Shown here in pieces: positions 31,632 through 42,400 of a stretch of 64,000 nt of DNA. Made by a program: the position numbers and the translations under genes. Below the pieces are notes generated by a model, which saw only the letters and a list, made by a program, of their open reading frames with translations, ran no database searches and was not told the origin of the DNA. Numbering within the stretch: position 1 is the first letter of the stretch; every line of letters begins with the position of its first letter. The stretch is taken from positions 15,607-79,606 of the IMG/VR virus record IMGVR_UViG_3300030060_007958. One strand, 5' to 3'. Source of the stretch: a virus.

Positions 31632-33974
31632 ATGTCAGTAGAAACAAAATTAAATAAAAAGAAATTTACATTAGTAGATAATTTTGAGTCCTCAGCCGAC
31701 CCAATTAGGAACGATTTGGGAAATTATTATAAATTCTCAGAAAAGGAATCCGGAATATTTTTAGAATCTGCTAGAGGAGGCGAGGAAATCGCCGACCTAG
31801 AAACAGGAGAGGGATCCATAATAAAATATTTTGGACAAAATGCATCCTACTCAATAAAATCAAGCGGATTTACTAATAAGGCGACGACCTCTTCGCCAAT
31901 TAACCCTTTGGTAGAGAAATTCAATATGTATATTGATTTTAAAACTCCCGGAAACGATTTCATATCTAGTGAGATATCTGACGGACCCATATACGACGAT
32001 TCTTATTTTGATACAGGCGCGCCAATTGAATATATTTCAGATGTCGACAATAAAAGTTTATTAAGGGGTGATGTAGAATACAAATATAACTATGGATCTG
32101 CTTCTTATGAATCAATAATTGAAGCAGCAGAATATTCAGCTTTGCCTAATTTTTATGAAATACTTCCAAAATATTTTAAAAACAGAAGATATGAAGAAGT
32201 TGTCGGAGCAGAATCAGTAAAAGATTATATTATTTCAGAAACACAATATGTAAATTCTTCCGCAAAGCTAATAAATGCTGAAGATTTTCCTTTCTGTGTT
32301 AGTCTGACATTTGATAATCCTAAATTTTCTGAAGAAATAATAAAATCAAATGATCAAACAATACGAGATTCCATAGTTGAAAATGATCTATCGTGCTTAT
32401 TTTGTGATGTTCTTAACACTCTACAATCTCAAACAAATCCAATGATTGATTCTGAAAACTATGAAAAAGATTTAGCATATGCAAACTCCGGGTTAATATC
32501 TCAATATAAAAGTGGTACAAGACAAGAAGAATTTATTGAAAATTATAATTCATCTCAAGTTGAAATAGAAAAAATAGATGTCTCATCTATGCTTGAATTA
32601 ATAAACAAAATGATAGATGATTTGGATTATTCGCAAGCCGATAAAGTAAAATCATTAAGAAAAATATATAGAGGCAATCTTGACAGTGAAAAAAATGTAG
32701 TTGATTTATTAACATCCGAACCAGATTCAACAAGGTGGGAGTACGCTGAAACTGTAAATTCCCTAAATGATTTAACGGATGAGCTGCAAAATGTTGTTAA
32801 TGAAAAGTCTAGAAATATTTTAGACATTCTAAACGGAGTAAAGCCATATTCATCTGATGTTTTGTTTTATTCAATCGAAAAATCGGAAACACCATCTTCC
32901 ACCCCCTTGCAAAGATTTTGGATACCATCTTCCAAAATTTACACTGGATTAAGCTATATTGATACACAAATAAAATACGGAGATGAATACACATATCAAA
33001 TTTATGCATATAAAATATGTTTAGATACAGAAATAAGATATGTGCCCGGATGGGAACCACCAATCGAATTACCTTTGGAGGAAACAGATGAAGCTGACCC
33101 CGGTTCGGGTAGTATGGCTTTGGGTAAAGTCTCCGAAGAAGAAGAAAAAAGCACATTTGATTTGGCTGTAGAATCCGGAAGAATAATTAAAAATTCAGTT
33201 ACAACTAAAAATTTCTTAAAATTGGTAAAAATCCCTTACTTTAAATCGGAAGGTATGATAATAGATAATCCTCCAATATCTCCAGATGTAGAATTTATAA
33301 CTTATAGAGGAAAAAAGAACAGACTAAGTATATTTTTTAGATCTGGCCAAGGAAGCTTCACAACAGAACCAATAAAATTCACTCTTCAAGAAGAAGATTA
33401 TTTTAAAAATCTTAGAAAAGCAAGAAAATTAAATGATTTTCAACCGATTGAGTTCGTTTCCGATGACCCTGAAAATTCAGCTAGGATTTTTGAAATCAGG
33501 AGGTTGGCTTCGGCACCTACTTCAATTGAAGATTTTAAAGAATCAACAAGAAATTCTGTGGCAACGCCATATGGTGATGGCCTTTTAGCAGATTCTGCAT
33601 CGTTTAATGATGAAATAGAGTCCAACAGAAAATATTATTATATTTTCAGATCCATCGATAAGAGAAACAATTATTCAAATGCATCTTTTATCTATGAAGT
33701 TGAAATTGTCGAAAACTCCGGAGCCATTTACCCGATTATAAATCAATACCAGATTCCAGAAAAACAGAAAAATACAACAAAAAGTTTGAAAAGACTATTT
33801 AATGTAGTGCCGAGATTAAAGCAAGTTTTGCCCTCTTCGTCCGAACCGCTTAAAATGGGTTCTGAAAAAGTGCCTTTATTTGGAAAAACTTTCAAGCTTA
33901 GAATGACTTCTAAAAAGACAGGAAAGGTTGTTGATTTAAATATTGAATTTGTGGATGATAGGCCGATTAAATAA
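31632..33974 (+). CDS. Hypothetical protein, probable virion component (FN3/Ig-like strands)
   Basis: YIDTQIKYGDEYTYQIYA and FNDEIESNRKYYYIFRS resemble FN3 C-terminal strands. Confidence 0.5.
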   Translation: MSVETKLNKKKFTLVDNFESSADPIRNDLGNYYKFSEKESGIFLESARGGEEIADLETGEGSIIKYFGQNASYSIKSSGFTNKATTSSPINPLVEKFNMYIDFKTPGNDFISSEISDGPIYDDSYFDTGAPIEYISDVDNKSLLRGDVEYKYNYGSASYESIIEAAEYSALPNFYEILPKYFKNRRYEEVVGAESVKDYIISETQYVNSSAKLINAEDFPFCVSLTFDNPKFSEEIIKSNDQTIRDSIVENDLSCLFCDVLNTLQSQTNPMIDSENYEKDLAYANSGLISQYKSGTRQEEFIENYNSSQVEIEKIDVSSMLELINKMIDDLDYSQADKVKSLRKIYRGNLDSEKNVVDLLTSEPDSTRWEYAETVNSLNDLTDELQNVVNEKSRNILDILNGVKPYSSDVLFYSIEKSETPSSTPLQRFWIPSSKIYTGLSYIDTQIKYGDEYTYQIYAYKICLDTEIRYVPGWEPPIELPLEETDEADPGSGSMALGKVSEEEEKSTFDLAVESGRIIKNSVTTKNFLKLVKIPYFKSEGMIIDNPPISPDVEFITYRGKKNRLSIFFRSGQGSFTTEPIKFTLQEEDYFKNLRKARKLNDFQPIEFVSDDPENSARIFEIRRLASAPTSIEDFKESTRNSVATPYGDGLLADSASFNDEIESNRKYYYIFRSIDKRNNYSNASFIYEVEIVENSGAIYPIINQYQIPEKQKNTTKSLKRLFNVVPRLKQVLPSSSEPLKMGSEKVPLFGKTFKLRMTSKKTGKVVDLNIEFVDDRPIK

Positions 33975-34009
33975 ATAGAAAAATGTTTTTGAAAAATCAA
34001 TAAAAGCAA

Positions 34010-34018
34010 ACTATTTAT
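34010..34018 (+). promoter_or_regulatory. Putative late promoter ACTATTTAT
   Basis: Intergenic; the same motif recurs before many structural genes. Confidence 0.65.
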
Positions 34019-34054
34019 TATATAAAAAACCGTTTTTTAAAAGGAAAATTTTTC

Positions 34055-34948
34055 ATGGCTTTTTTGGATAACAGTGGCGACATTATTTTAGACGCAGTAT
34101 TAACAGACGCAGGTAGAAAAAGGCTTGCAAAGGGCGATGGCTCTTTTAAAATTGTAAAGTTTGCATTAGGTGACGACGAAATCAACTACGAACTTTATAA
34201 TAAAGATGATTCAAGGGGAACTCCGTTTTATGATTTAGAAATCATGCAAACTCCAGTATTAGAAGCTTTTACGAACAATACTGCCACAATGAAATCAAAA
34301 TTAATTACAATTACTAGGAATGATGTTCTTTATTTGCCAGTAATAAAATTAAATTCTGATTCATCTGCAGGTGGTTCAGTGGGCATTTCTTCCACTGGAG
34401 GTCTAGCCAATTCTATTCCGGTTGCGGCTGATTCAAATACTTCTACAGCAGTAACTGCGGCCTACAATGCCGACAAGGGTGCTTCTAAAGCAATTACCGT
34501 AGATCAGGGGCTTAACACAAGCGACATTTCAGCCGATAGAGCAATTGACTCCGATTTGTACGAGACACAATACTCAATCCAGATAGATAATAGGCTGTTG
34601 AAGATGACAGACGGCACAGCAGCTGCAAATTTAGTCGACGAATCTTTTATCGATGATGATAATATCGCAGTTTATAATGTCTCTGACCCCGCTCCGGGCC
34701 TTTTCCAAGACATCGGAAAAGGAAATCCATCCGTTCTGGCCGGCCCAAGAGGATCTAGGCTGTCTTTCGGCCTTTTGGCCACTACAGATACAAGTACTAG
34801 TACTTATTTATTCACAACGCTGGGTACAACAGGCACAATTGACGGAATTTCTGGAACCTTTCATCATATCGACACAACGGTTAGAATTACCGGGCTTACA
34901 ACAGGGTATCGCATAGATATTCCAGTAAGACTTTTGAGAAAACAATAG
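34055..34948 (+). CDS. Virion structural protein (tail/fibre anchor-like N-terminus)
   Basis: MAFLDNSGDIILDAVLTDAGRKRLAKGDGSFKIVKFALGDDEINY; Ser/Thr/Gly-rich; late motif upstream. Confidence 0.65.
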   Translation: MAFLDNSGDIILDAVLTDAGRKRLAKGDGSFKIVKFALGDDEINYELYNKDDSRGTPFYDLEIMQTPVLEAFTNNTATMKSKLITITRNDVLYLPVIKLNSDSSAGGSVGISSTGGLANSIPVAADSNTSTAVTAAYNADKGASKAITVDQGLNTSDISADRAIDSDLYETQYSIQIDNRLLKMTDGTAAANLVDESFIDDDNIAVYNVSDPAPGLFQDIGKGNPSVLAGPRGSRLSFGLLATTDTSTSTYLFTTLGTTGTIDGISGTFHHIDTTVRITGLTTGYRIDIPVRLLRKQ

Positions 34949-34960
34949 GACTTATAACAC

Positions 34961-35995
34961 ATGGCTACATCATTTAAGAATTTAGTATTAAGCAAAGACG
35001 TTGCGGTCACAAGAACGCTACTTCACGAAGCTATTCCCCTTACCGGATCTATCGTTTCCGGAACTTATTCCGAAGAGAATATCAAGAACTACGCTCATGG
35101 TATGTTTCAATCAGTCTATGATTATCCCTACCTTAGTTCATCTGCAAATCACATTTTCGATATAACTGTTGGATATTCATCAGAGGTATCGGGCGCATAT
35201 ACGCAGAACGCTAAAAAAATGAATATTTATAATCAAATGGCACAAGTTTTAGCTGGATATGACGAAACCGGAGCAATTAGAGCATTCGATAAAGACGGTG
35301 ATTATGCCACAACAGGCAGCGCAGATAAAATGAACCAGTGTGTATTTATTAATTTTTCTAGGCTCCTTGGCAAAGATGAAATTAAAAAACAATCGCTAAT
35401 TATGTCTTTCGCAACAGGCGGCACGCCTGCAGCCCCGGACTTTTCAAGTTTGAAAACAATTTCGGATTACGGCGCGCAAAATGATTATAGAGTCAATTCT
35501 CCATCCGGAGAGTTTGGTATATTGTATTCAGGCTCTGCGGCAGTCGCCGGAACAGGAGTTGGTCTATTATATTATCAAGCAGGTATAGCAGTTTTGACGG
35601 CCTCTGTCTTTGATGGAACCTTTGGAGCCCCTGCTGCAACATATGATACCTCATCTATTGATGCGGTTCTAACCGGTTCAGAAATTTCTTCTTCATGTGA
35701 CGGAATTCGTAATAGATGGTTTGACTGTGATTTTAACAACACAACAGAATTAAATTCATCAATCTACTTCTGTAGGGCCTCTACAAGTGAATTTAATTAT
35801 AGTTCAAACCCAACATATCTAAGCGAGAGTCAAGTAAGAGTTAAAACACAATCAACCGATACGCCAGTTTCTTATGTTACTACAGTTGGCCTATATTCAG
35901 CAGATAATGAGCTTTTAGCAGTTGCTAAATTATCAGAACCTCTGAAGAAAGATCCAACTAATGAAATAACATTGCGCGTTCGTTTAGATTATTAA
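34961..35995 (+). CDS. Virion structural protein, paralog of 36021..37187
   Basis: C-terminal FNYSSNPT...YVTTVGLY...LLAVAKLSEPLKK...LRVRLDY. Confidence 0.65.
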   Translation: MATSFKNLVLSKDVAVTRTLLHEAIPLTGSIVSGTYSEENIKNYAHGMFQSVYDYPYLSSSANHIFDITVGYSSEVSGAYTQNAKKMNIYNQMAQVLAGYDETGAIRAFDKDGDYATTGSADKMNQCVFINFSRLLGKDEIKKQSLIMSFATGGTPAAPDFSSLKTISDYGAQNDYRVNSPSGEFGILYSGSAAVAGTGVGLLYYQAGIAVLTASVFDGTFGAPAATYDTSSIDAVLTGSEISSSCDGIRNRWFDCDFNNTTELNSSIYFCRASTSEFNYSSNPTYLSESQVRVKTQSTDTPVSYVTTVGLYSADNELLAVAKLSEPLKKDPTNEITLRVRLDY

Positions 35996-36005
35996 TTTTT
36001 TTAAG

Positions 36006-36014
36006 ACTAATTAA
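36006..36014 (+). promoter_or_regulatory. Putative late promoter ACTAATTAA (leaderless start)
   Basis: Intergenic; starts 15 nt before the ATG at 36021; no SD. Confidence 0.55.
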
Positions 36015-36020
36015 TATATC

Positions 36021-37187
36021 ATGTCATTAAAAAAGTTTGAACAAAAAGACATTATGTATAATGTTCTGGAAACAAATCCAAAACAAAAAATACAAGTTTA
36101 TGATTCTAAAATGTACCTGAATGACCAGAGGGAAATTTCTGGTTCTTTTACGTCTGAAGTTCCGAATGTACCTACGGGATTTGTATCATTATTTGAACTC
36201 AATGTCGACAGGTCGGAATCACAAACCGGACTAATCTATCCTTTCGTCACAAAACAGGGTAGTGCAATCGGCATGAGAACCATTTCTACAACGACTTTTA
36301 ATACAAATTACTCTTATGGCGATACTATAACAGGAAGCTATCCATTATCTTCCAGTATAAAAAGAGACTATTTTCACCTTGGTCAGTCAAGACCACAGAT
36401 AAACGCCTTAAAAAATACTTTAAATTATTATATACCATTAAACGGTAAATATGCCTACAGCTCATCATACGGCGATAAAGCAACACTGCCATTAAACTTA
36501 ATATCAGTACCATCTATTATGTACGGAGAATCAATAAATAAGGGATCTTTAAAGATGGATTTCTATATATCTGGTACATTATTTGGAACTCTTGAGGATG
36601 AGAACCGCGACGGTGCATTAATCCAAACAGGCCCCGCTGGATCCCCCGGATCCGGCTCGGTAGCCGGCGTTGTATTATACAATGAGGGCTTCTTGGTTTT
36701 GACAGGATCATGGAACCTAGACTCAACAACTAGGGATTATATAAATGACCCCACGGATTTACAAAATCCTTCATGGCTATTTTATGCTGTAGGGGCCAAT
36801 GACGGCATTCCTGCCGGCACGATACCTTCTTCAAGTTATTCTTTGGAGTTTGAGGGTATTAATAAAATACCAACTTTGACAATGTTTGCACATGCAGAAA
36901 AGGGTGAAATGAACACTTCAAACAATCCAACTTTTGTACAGTCAAATCAAAACAAATACGAAGCAACTTCGAGTAAAACATATAGCCAAAACGATAATTT
37001 GTTAATACAAAACATAGTAAGTTCATCATATTTGGGCTATGACGCGCCGTTTAAGCGCACTACATACATTTCAAAAATAGGTATATATGATGACAAGAAA
37101 AATTTAATTGGAATAGCCACAACAGCCACTCCTGTTAAAAAAGAAGAAAATCAAAATTTTACTTTTAAATTAAAATTGGATATTTAA
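36021..37187 (+). CDS. Virion structural protein, paralog of 34961..35995
   Basis: GVVLYNEGFLVLTG and SNNPTF...TYISKIGIY...LIGIA..ATPVKK...FKLKLDI are shared with the upstream gene. Confidence 0.65.
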   Translation: MSLKKFEQKDIMYNVLETNPKQKIQVYDSKMYLNDQREISGSFTSEVPNVPTGFVSLFELNVDRSESQTGLIYPFVTKQGSAIGMRTISTTTFNTNYSYGDTITGSYPLSSSIKRDYFHLGQSRPQINALKNTLNYYIPLNGKYAYSSSYGDKATLPLNLISVPSIMYGESINKGSLKMDFYISGTLFGTLEDENRDGALIQTGPAGSPGSGSVAGVVLYNEGFLVLTGSWNLDSTTRDYINDPTDLQNPSWLFYAVGANDGIPAGTIPSSSYSLEFEGINKIPTLTMFAHAEKGEMNTSNNPTFVQSNQNKYEATSSKTYSQNDNLLIQNIVSSSYLGYDAPFKRTTYISKIGIYDDKKNLIGIATTATPVKKEENQNFTFKLKLDI

Positions 37188-37699
37188 TGATTCTAGGATT
37201 AGATGTAAGCACGAGCATTATCGGCGTTTGTCTGCTTGATAACAATAAAATTGTCAAAGCCGACTATATTGATTTAAGGAAAACAACTGGCCTTCTTCAT
37301 AAGGCACAAGTTGTTGAAGATTATATAACCAATAATTTAAAATCAGTGGAAATACAACACATTTTCATTGAGCAGGCCCTTATGTTCTTCAGAAAGGGAG
37401 GTTCTACAGCAAAAACAATGTCGATCCTTCAAAATTTCAATGGAGTTGTTTCTTGGCTGTGTTTTAAAATGTTGGAACTAGAGCCAAATTATGTAACCCC
37501 GATTTCAGCGCGCTCAAAATGTGGCATCAAAGTTCCGCGAGGAAAAAAGGCTAAAGAGGTGGTAATGGAGCATTTTGTGGAGAGTGGAGAATTCCCAATA
37601 GAATACACCAGATATGGTAATGTTCAAAAATATTGCTATGATATCGCAGATGCTGTGGTAGTTTCAAGAGCGGGATACTATTTATTGTTGGATGAATAA
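37187..37699 (+). CDS. RuvC-like Holliday junction resolvase
   Basis: ILGLDVST, IFIEQ and DIADA acidic catalytic motifs. Confidence 0.8.
   Translation: MILGLDVSTSIIGVCLLDNNKIVKADYIDLRKTTGLLHKAQVVEDYITNNLKSVEIQHIFIEQALMFFRKGGSTAKTMSILQNFNGVVSWLCFKMLELEPNYVTPISARSKCGIKVPRGKKAKEVVMEHFVESGEFPIEYTRYGNVQKYCYDIADAVVVSRAGYYLLLDE
37677..37685 (+). promoter_or_regulatory. Putative late promoter ACTATTTAT (leaderless start)
   Basis: Starts 15 nt before the ATG at 37692, the same spacing as at 36006. Confidence 0.55.
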
Positions 37700-38177
37700 T
37701 ATGTCAAAAAATATGAAACTCATAATGGAAAGTTGGAATGACTATTTGCTTCTTAATGAAAAGAAAGAAATAGAGACTATAGGTGATTTAAAGAAATTTT
37801 TTAAATTAACAAAGATGAAAAAGAAAGGAGGCCCAGCAGCAAAAGCGGCTTCTAAAGCACTATTGAGTTTCATTCCTCTCGCTGGTACCGCAATAGAACT
37901 TATCGATCAGGCATCAGATATTAAAGGGGTCTTCTCTGCTCTATATCAAAAAGATGATAATTTCCAAACAAGTGATGCTTTAAGCAAAGTTAATGTGGAT
38001 GATGAGATTTCAAAAATTGTTGATGATCAAGTTGAAATAGATTTTTTAAAATATATTCTAGACCAATTTGGCAAATTACCTGATAACACGCCTTTAGAAA
38101 AAATAGATATGACTGATCAGTTAAGGCAATATTTGGCAAAAACCTTTAAAGACAGAACAGTCACAGGAGACAAATAA
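37692..38177 (+). CDS. Hypothetical protein, possible internal head protein
   Basis: N-terminal MKLIMESWNDYLLLNE leader; late motif upstream. Confidence 0.55.
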   Translation: MNNMSKNMKLIMESWNDYLLLNEKKEIETIGDLKKFFKLTKMKKKGGPAAKAASKALLSFIPLAGTAIELIDQASDIKGVFSALYQKDDNFQTSDALSKVNVDDEISKIVDDQVEIDFLKYILDQFGKLPDNTPLEKIDMTDQLRQYLAKTFKDRTVTGDK

Positions 38178-38486
38178 ATGAAAAAACTTACAAAATCAGC
38201 TCTCTTAGAACTTATAAGAGAACAAATTGATGATTTGGCAGGTTTAACTGGCACAATGACCAGAACTCAGCAAGCTGCAAAAGAATTAGAAAAGTCTAAA
38301 GGAATTCGTTCTGGTGGTTCCATGAAGGACGTAACTACCAGAGAAAGGTCTATTTTACAAAGTGTTGAAGATGCTCTTACAAAGGTTGCCGAAGAAGGCG
38401 ACTTAAATAAATATAGATCTCAATTGGAAACTTTACTCCAAAGAATGCTTCGCAATCTAACTTCTAAAGAAGGCGACCAAGAATAA
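38178..38486 (+). CDS. Hypothetical protein, possible internal head protein
   Basis: N-terminal MKKLTKSALLELIRE leader; SD aggag. Confidence 0.55.
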   Translation: MKKLTKSALLELIREQIDDLAGLTGTMTRTQQAAKELEKSKGIRSGGSMKDVTTRERSILQSVEDALTKVAEEGDLNKYRSQLETLLQRMLRNLTSKEGDQE

Positions 38487-38494
38487 AAAATTCC

Positions 38495-38523
38495 TTGACA
38501 CGTAGAAAATAGTATGTTATATT
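38495..38523 (+). promoter_or_regulatory. Sigma70-type promoter for the primase operon
   Basis: TTGACA (38495-38500), 17 bp spacer, TGn-TATATT (38518-38523). Confidence 0.75.
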
Positions 38524-38530
38524 AGTTAGT

Positions 38531-39469
38531 ATGAAAGAAAAGATTAACATTCTCAACAGCATACTTGGAAAATATTATTCATCTGGAGATGAACTTCTTT
38601 TTTCGTGTCCCTATTGCGATCATCACAAAAAGAAGTTTTCAGTTAATGTCGAGAAAAATGCTTATAAGTGTTGGATATGCGATACTAGGGGAAAAAACCT
38701 TTTTAATGTAGTTAAAAAATTTGGAAATTTTTCACAAAAAGAAAAGTGGAAAGAATTAACAGGAAATGTTCAAGATTTAAGTGAATTTGATAATATTTTT
38801 TCAAATGAAGAACAATCAGAAGAAGCTAGAGAAGAAATACTAATATTGCCAAATTCATTTATAACGTTGACTACAAACAATAATAATATACAATATAAGA
38901 AAGCGTTGAATTATTTAAGAAATAGGGGCATTACTAGGCAGGACATTTTGAGGTGGAAAATTGGGTATTGCCCACACGGTCAATTTGGAGGCCGAGTGAT
39001 TATTCCATCGTTTAATAATTCTGGAGATTTAAATTATTTTATAGCACGAACATACAAAGACGATTATAGAAGATATATGAATCCAAAGGTAAGTAGAAAT
39101 ATAATATTTAATGAGTTATACTTAGATTTTGAAAAAGAAATAACAATTGTAGAGGGTGTTTTCGATGCCATTAAAGCAGGAAACGCTGTTCCAATTTTGG
39201 GATCATCGCTACGCGAAAGTTCCAAATTGTTTAAAAAGATAGTACAAAGTAAGACACCAGTTATTTTAGCATTAGATCCAGACGCGATAAAAAAATCAAA
39301 TTTTATCAAAAAAATGTTTTTAAAATATGGAATTGAAATAAGAGAATTAATTTATCCAGATGACCGCGATTTGGGAGATATGACAAAAGAAGAAGTCTCC
39401 GAGTTGAAGATAAATGCCCAGCCAGTAAGACAGCATGACAGTTTATTGAGTGCTATTGCCGCACTATAA
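38531..39469 (+). CDS. DNA primase (Zn-binding domain plus TOPRIM)
   Basis: CPYC..H...CWIC zinc finger; GRVIIP; KY-like YMNP; VEGVFDA; LALDPDA. Confidence 0.9.
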   Translation: MKEKINILNSILGKYYSSGDELLFSCPYCDHHKKKFSVNVEKNAYKCWICDTRGKNLFNVVKKFGNFSQKEKWKELTGNVQDLSEFDNIFSNEEQSEEAREEILILPNSFITLTTNNNNIQYKKALNYLRNRGITRQDILRWKIGYCPHGQFGGRVIIPSFNNSGDLNYFIARTYKDDYRRYMNPKVSRNIIFNELYLDFEKEITIVEGVFDAIKAGNAVPILGSSLRESSKLFKKIVQSKTPVILALDPDAIKKSNFIKKMFLKYGIEIRELIYPDDRDLGDMTKEEVSELKINAQPVRQHDSLLSAIAAL

Positions 39470-39485
39470 TTATTAGGAGAGTGAT

Positions 39486-42400
39486 TTGAAGTTTGCCCAT
39501 ATTGCTGATACTCATATCAAAAATTTGAAATATCATTATGAATATGGTGTTGTTTTTGAAAAGATGTACAATATTTTAAAGGAAGAAAAGCCCGATTATA
39601 TTATACATTGCGGAGATATCGCACATACAAAAACACAAATATCTCCAGAATTTGTAGAAATGTGCACTCATTTCTTTAGAAATCTGGCAGACATCGCACC
39701 AACATATATTATTTTAGGAAACCACGATGGTAATCTTAAAAATTCTAGCCGACAAGATGCCCTAACTCCTGTGGCGGAAGCTTTAAATCATCCAGAATTA
39801 TATCTATTGAAAAACGCTGGTGAGGTTCATTTAAACGATTCTGTCGCAATTAATGTATTATCTGTTTTTGATGAAGATAATTGGGTGAAACCATCAGACC
39901 CTGAAAAAATAAATATTGCTCTATATCACGGCTCAATATCTGGAGTAAAAACCGATACCGGGTTTATAATGGAACATGGCGAGCATGCTATAGATATTTT
40001 CGAAGGCCATGATTATGGTTTTTTAGGAGATATTCATAAAACAAATCAAATACTGGATGAGGAAGGCAGAATTCGATATTGCGGCTCAACAGTCCAACAA
40101 AACCACGGAGAAACAAACGATAAGGGATTTCTGATCTGGAACATACAAGATAAAGAAAATTATACTTGTCGACACGTCGAACTAAAAAACCCCAGACCTT
40201 TTGTAACAATTAATCTAACTCCAAAAGGAAAAATGCCCAAAGGCTTAGATATCCCCGAAAACAGCAGATTGAGATTAATATCGGAAAACAACCTTCCCTT
40301 GAATGTGATGAAAAGGGCTAAAGAAATTGCAAAAAGAAGATTTAATCCGGAGTCCTTGTCATATTTGAACCGCGCCGCAGGCCAGAGAGGGGATGTAAGT
40401 GGGACAACAAATGGTTTGGGGATAGAAGATCTTAGGGACATTGAGATTCAAGAAAAACTAATTAAAGAATATTTGGAAGGTTTTGAGCTTGAGGCGGATT
40501 TAGAAAAGAGGGTTCTTGACTTAAATTTAAAATACAACAAGCTTGCCGAAGATAATGAAGAAATTGCCAGAAATATTAATTGGAAATTACATTCTTTAGA
40601 ATTTGACAACTTGTTTAATTATGGAGAAAAAAATAGTATAAATTTTGAAAACATGGAAGGCATTATCGGCATATTCGGTAAAAACTTTTCAGGCAAGTCT
40701 AGCATTATTGATTCTTTATTGTGGCTCATATTTAATTCAACATCTAAAAATGATCGAAAAACTCTAAATGTTATAAACCAGAATAAGGAGAGTTGTGGGG
40801 GAAAAGTAAAACTATCCATTGATGACTTAGAATATACAATTGATAGAAACGCTGAAAAATATACTAAAAAATTAAAAGGAGAAACGACTCTGGAAGCTCG
40901 CGCCGCCGTAGATTTCAAAGTTTATTGCCCAATGGATGAAGACCAACAGGGCTTAAATGGGAATACTAGGAATGAAACTGATAAAAATATTAGAAAAATT
41001 TTTGGAACTTTAGAAGATTTTTTATATTCTTCAATGGCTAGTCAACTAGATTCACTTTCTTTTATTAAAGAGGGTTCAACAAAAAGAAAAGAAATCTTAG
41101 CAAAATTCTTAGATTTGCAATTTTTTGAAAAAAAGTTCAAACTAGCTAAAGATGACGCTGCCGATACAAGAGGCGCACTTAGAAAGTTAGAAGATAGGGA
41201 TTTTAACAACGAGATTTTAGAGGCCCGAATGGATCTCTCCGAATCGGAAGAGGTGCTTTCTAAACAAAAAACAAAATGCCAAGAAAGCCAATCAGCCTCT
41301 GATTTATGTTCGAGAAGAATTGCCGAAATAGAATCAAAAATTAATGCCATACCAGCAGAAATTGTAGATGTAGTGTCCGTCAGGGGAAATCTAAGAGATA
41401 AAAATGAGCAGTTAATATCGATTCAGGAAGAAATAAAAGATTTAATTAAGCAAAAAGTAAAAGCAGAATCAGATTACAAAGATATCATTGAATTTCTAAA
41501 AAAATATGACAAAGAAGCATTGTTTGCCAAAAAACAGAAAATTGATGAATTGAATAAGAATGTAAAATCCGCTAGTGGTTTATTGAGAGAGGAAAACAAT
41601 GAACTTTCTAGAAATAAAAAGAAAGTAACTTTGCTAGACGGAATCCCATGCTCTACAGCACTGCACCCCAAATGTAAATTTATCAAAGACGCATATAGCT
41701 CTAAGGCTCTCATACCAATTAATGAAAATAGGGTCGAAGAATATCAAAGTAATTTGCAGATACTTAAAAAAGAAATAGAAGACATCAATCCCAGAAAGAT
41801 AGAACAGACCATTAATGGGTATCTTAAAATAGTCAATGAAAAAGACAACCTTTCAAATCAGATAACCACCTATGGCCTAAAAATTGAAAAAAATAAATCT
41901 TGTGTAACTAATTTAAATAATGAAATTGAAAAATTAGAAAAAGAGTTAGAATTATATGAAGAAAATAAGGAGGCAATTGAAAACCTAGAAAGCTTAAATT
42001 CAGAATTAAGAAAAAATAAGATTGATCAAAGTAGGGCGAAGAAAAACGCAGAAGATTGTCATGTTAAAATTTTAAATTTATATAAAATAGTTGGATCTTT
42101 GGAGGAAAAAATAAAGAACTTAGAACAACAAAAGAGTTCTTTAGAAAATCTAAAAGAAGAATTTTCAGCTTATGACTTATATATGCAATGTATGCACCCA
42201 AATGGTATAGCTTTCGATGTAATCAGAAAGAAGCTGCCTGTGATAAATGAAGAAATTGCAAAAATTTTGTCAAATATCGTAGATTTTGAAGTGTTTTTTG
42301 AAGATGACGGCAAACGTCTGGATATATTCATTAAGCACCCACAATATGATCCACGCCCCCTTGAAATGGGGTCCGGTGCAGAAAAAACAATTGCAGCCAT

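Noticed and set aside
8228-37187. Cellular contractile injection system, or eukaryotic giant virus origin
   Set aside because: Terminase, portal, gp21, gp23, primase, SD sites and sigma70 promoters identify a tailed bacteriophage
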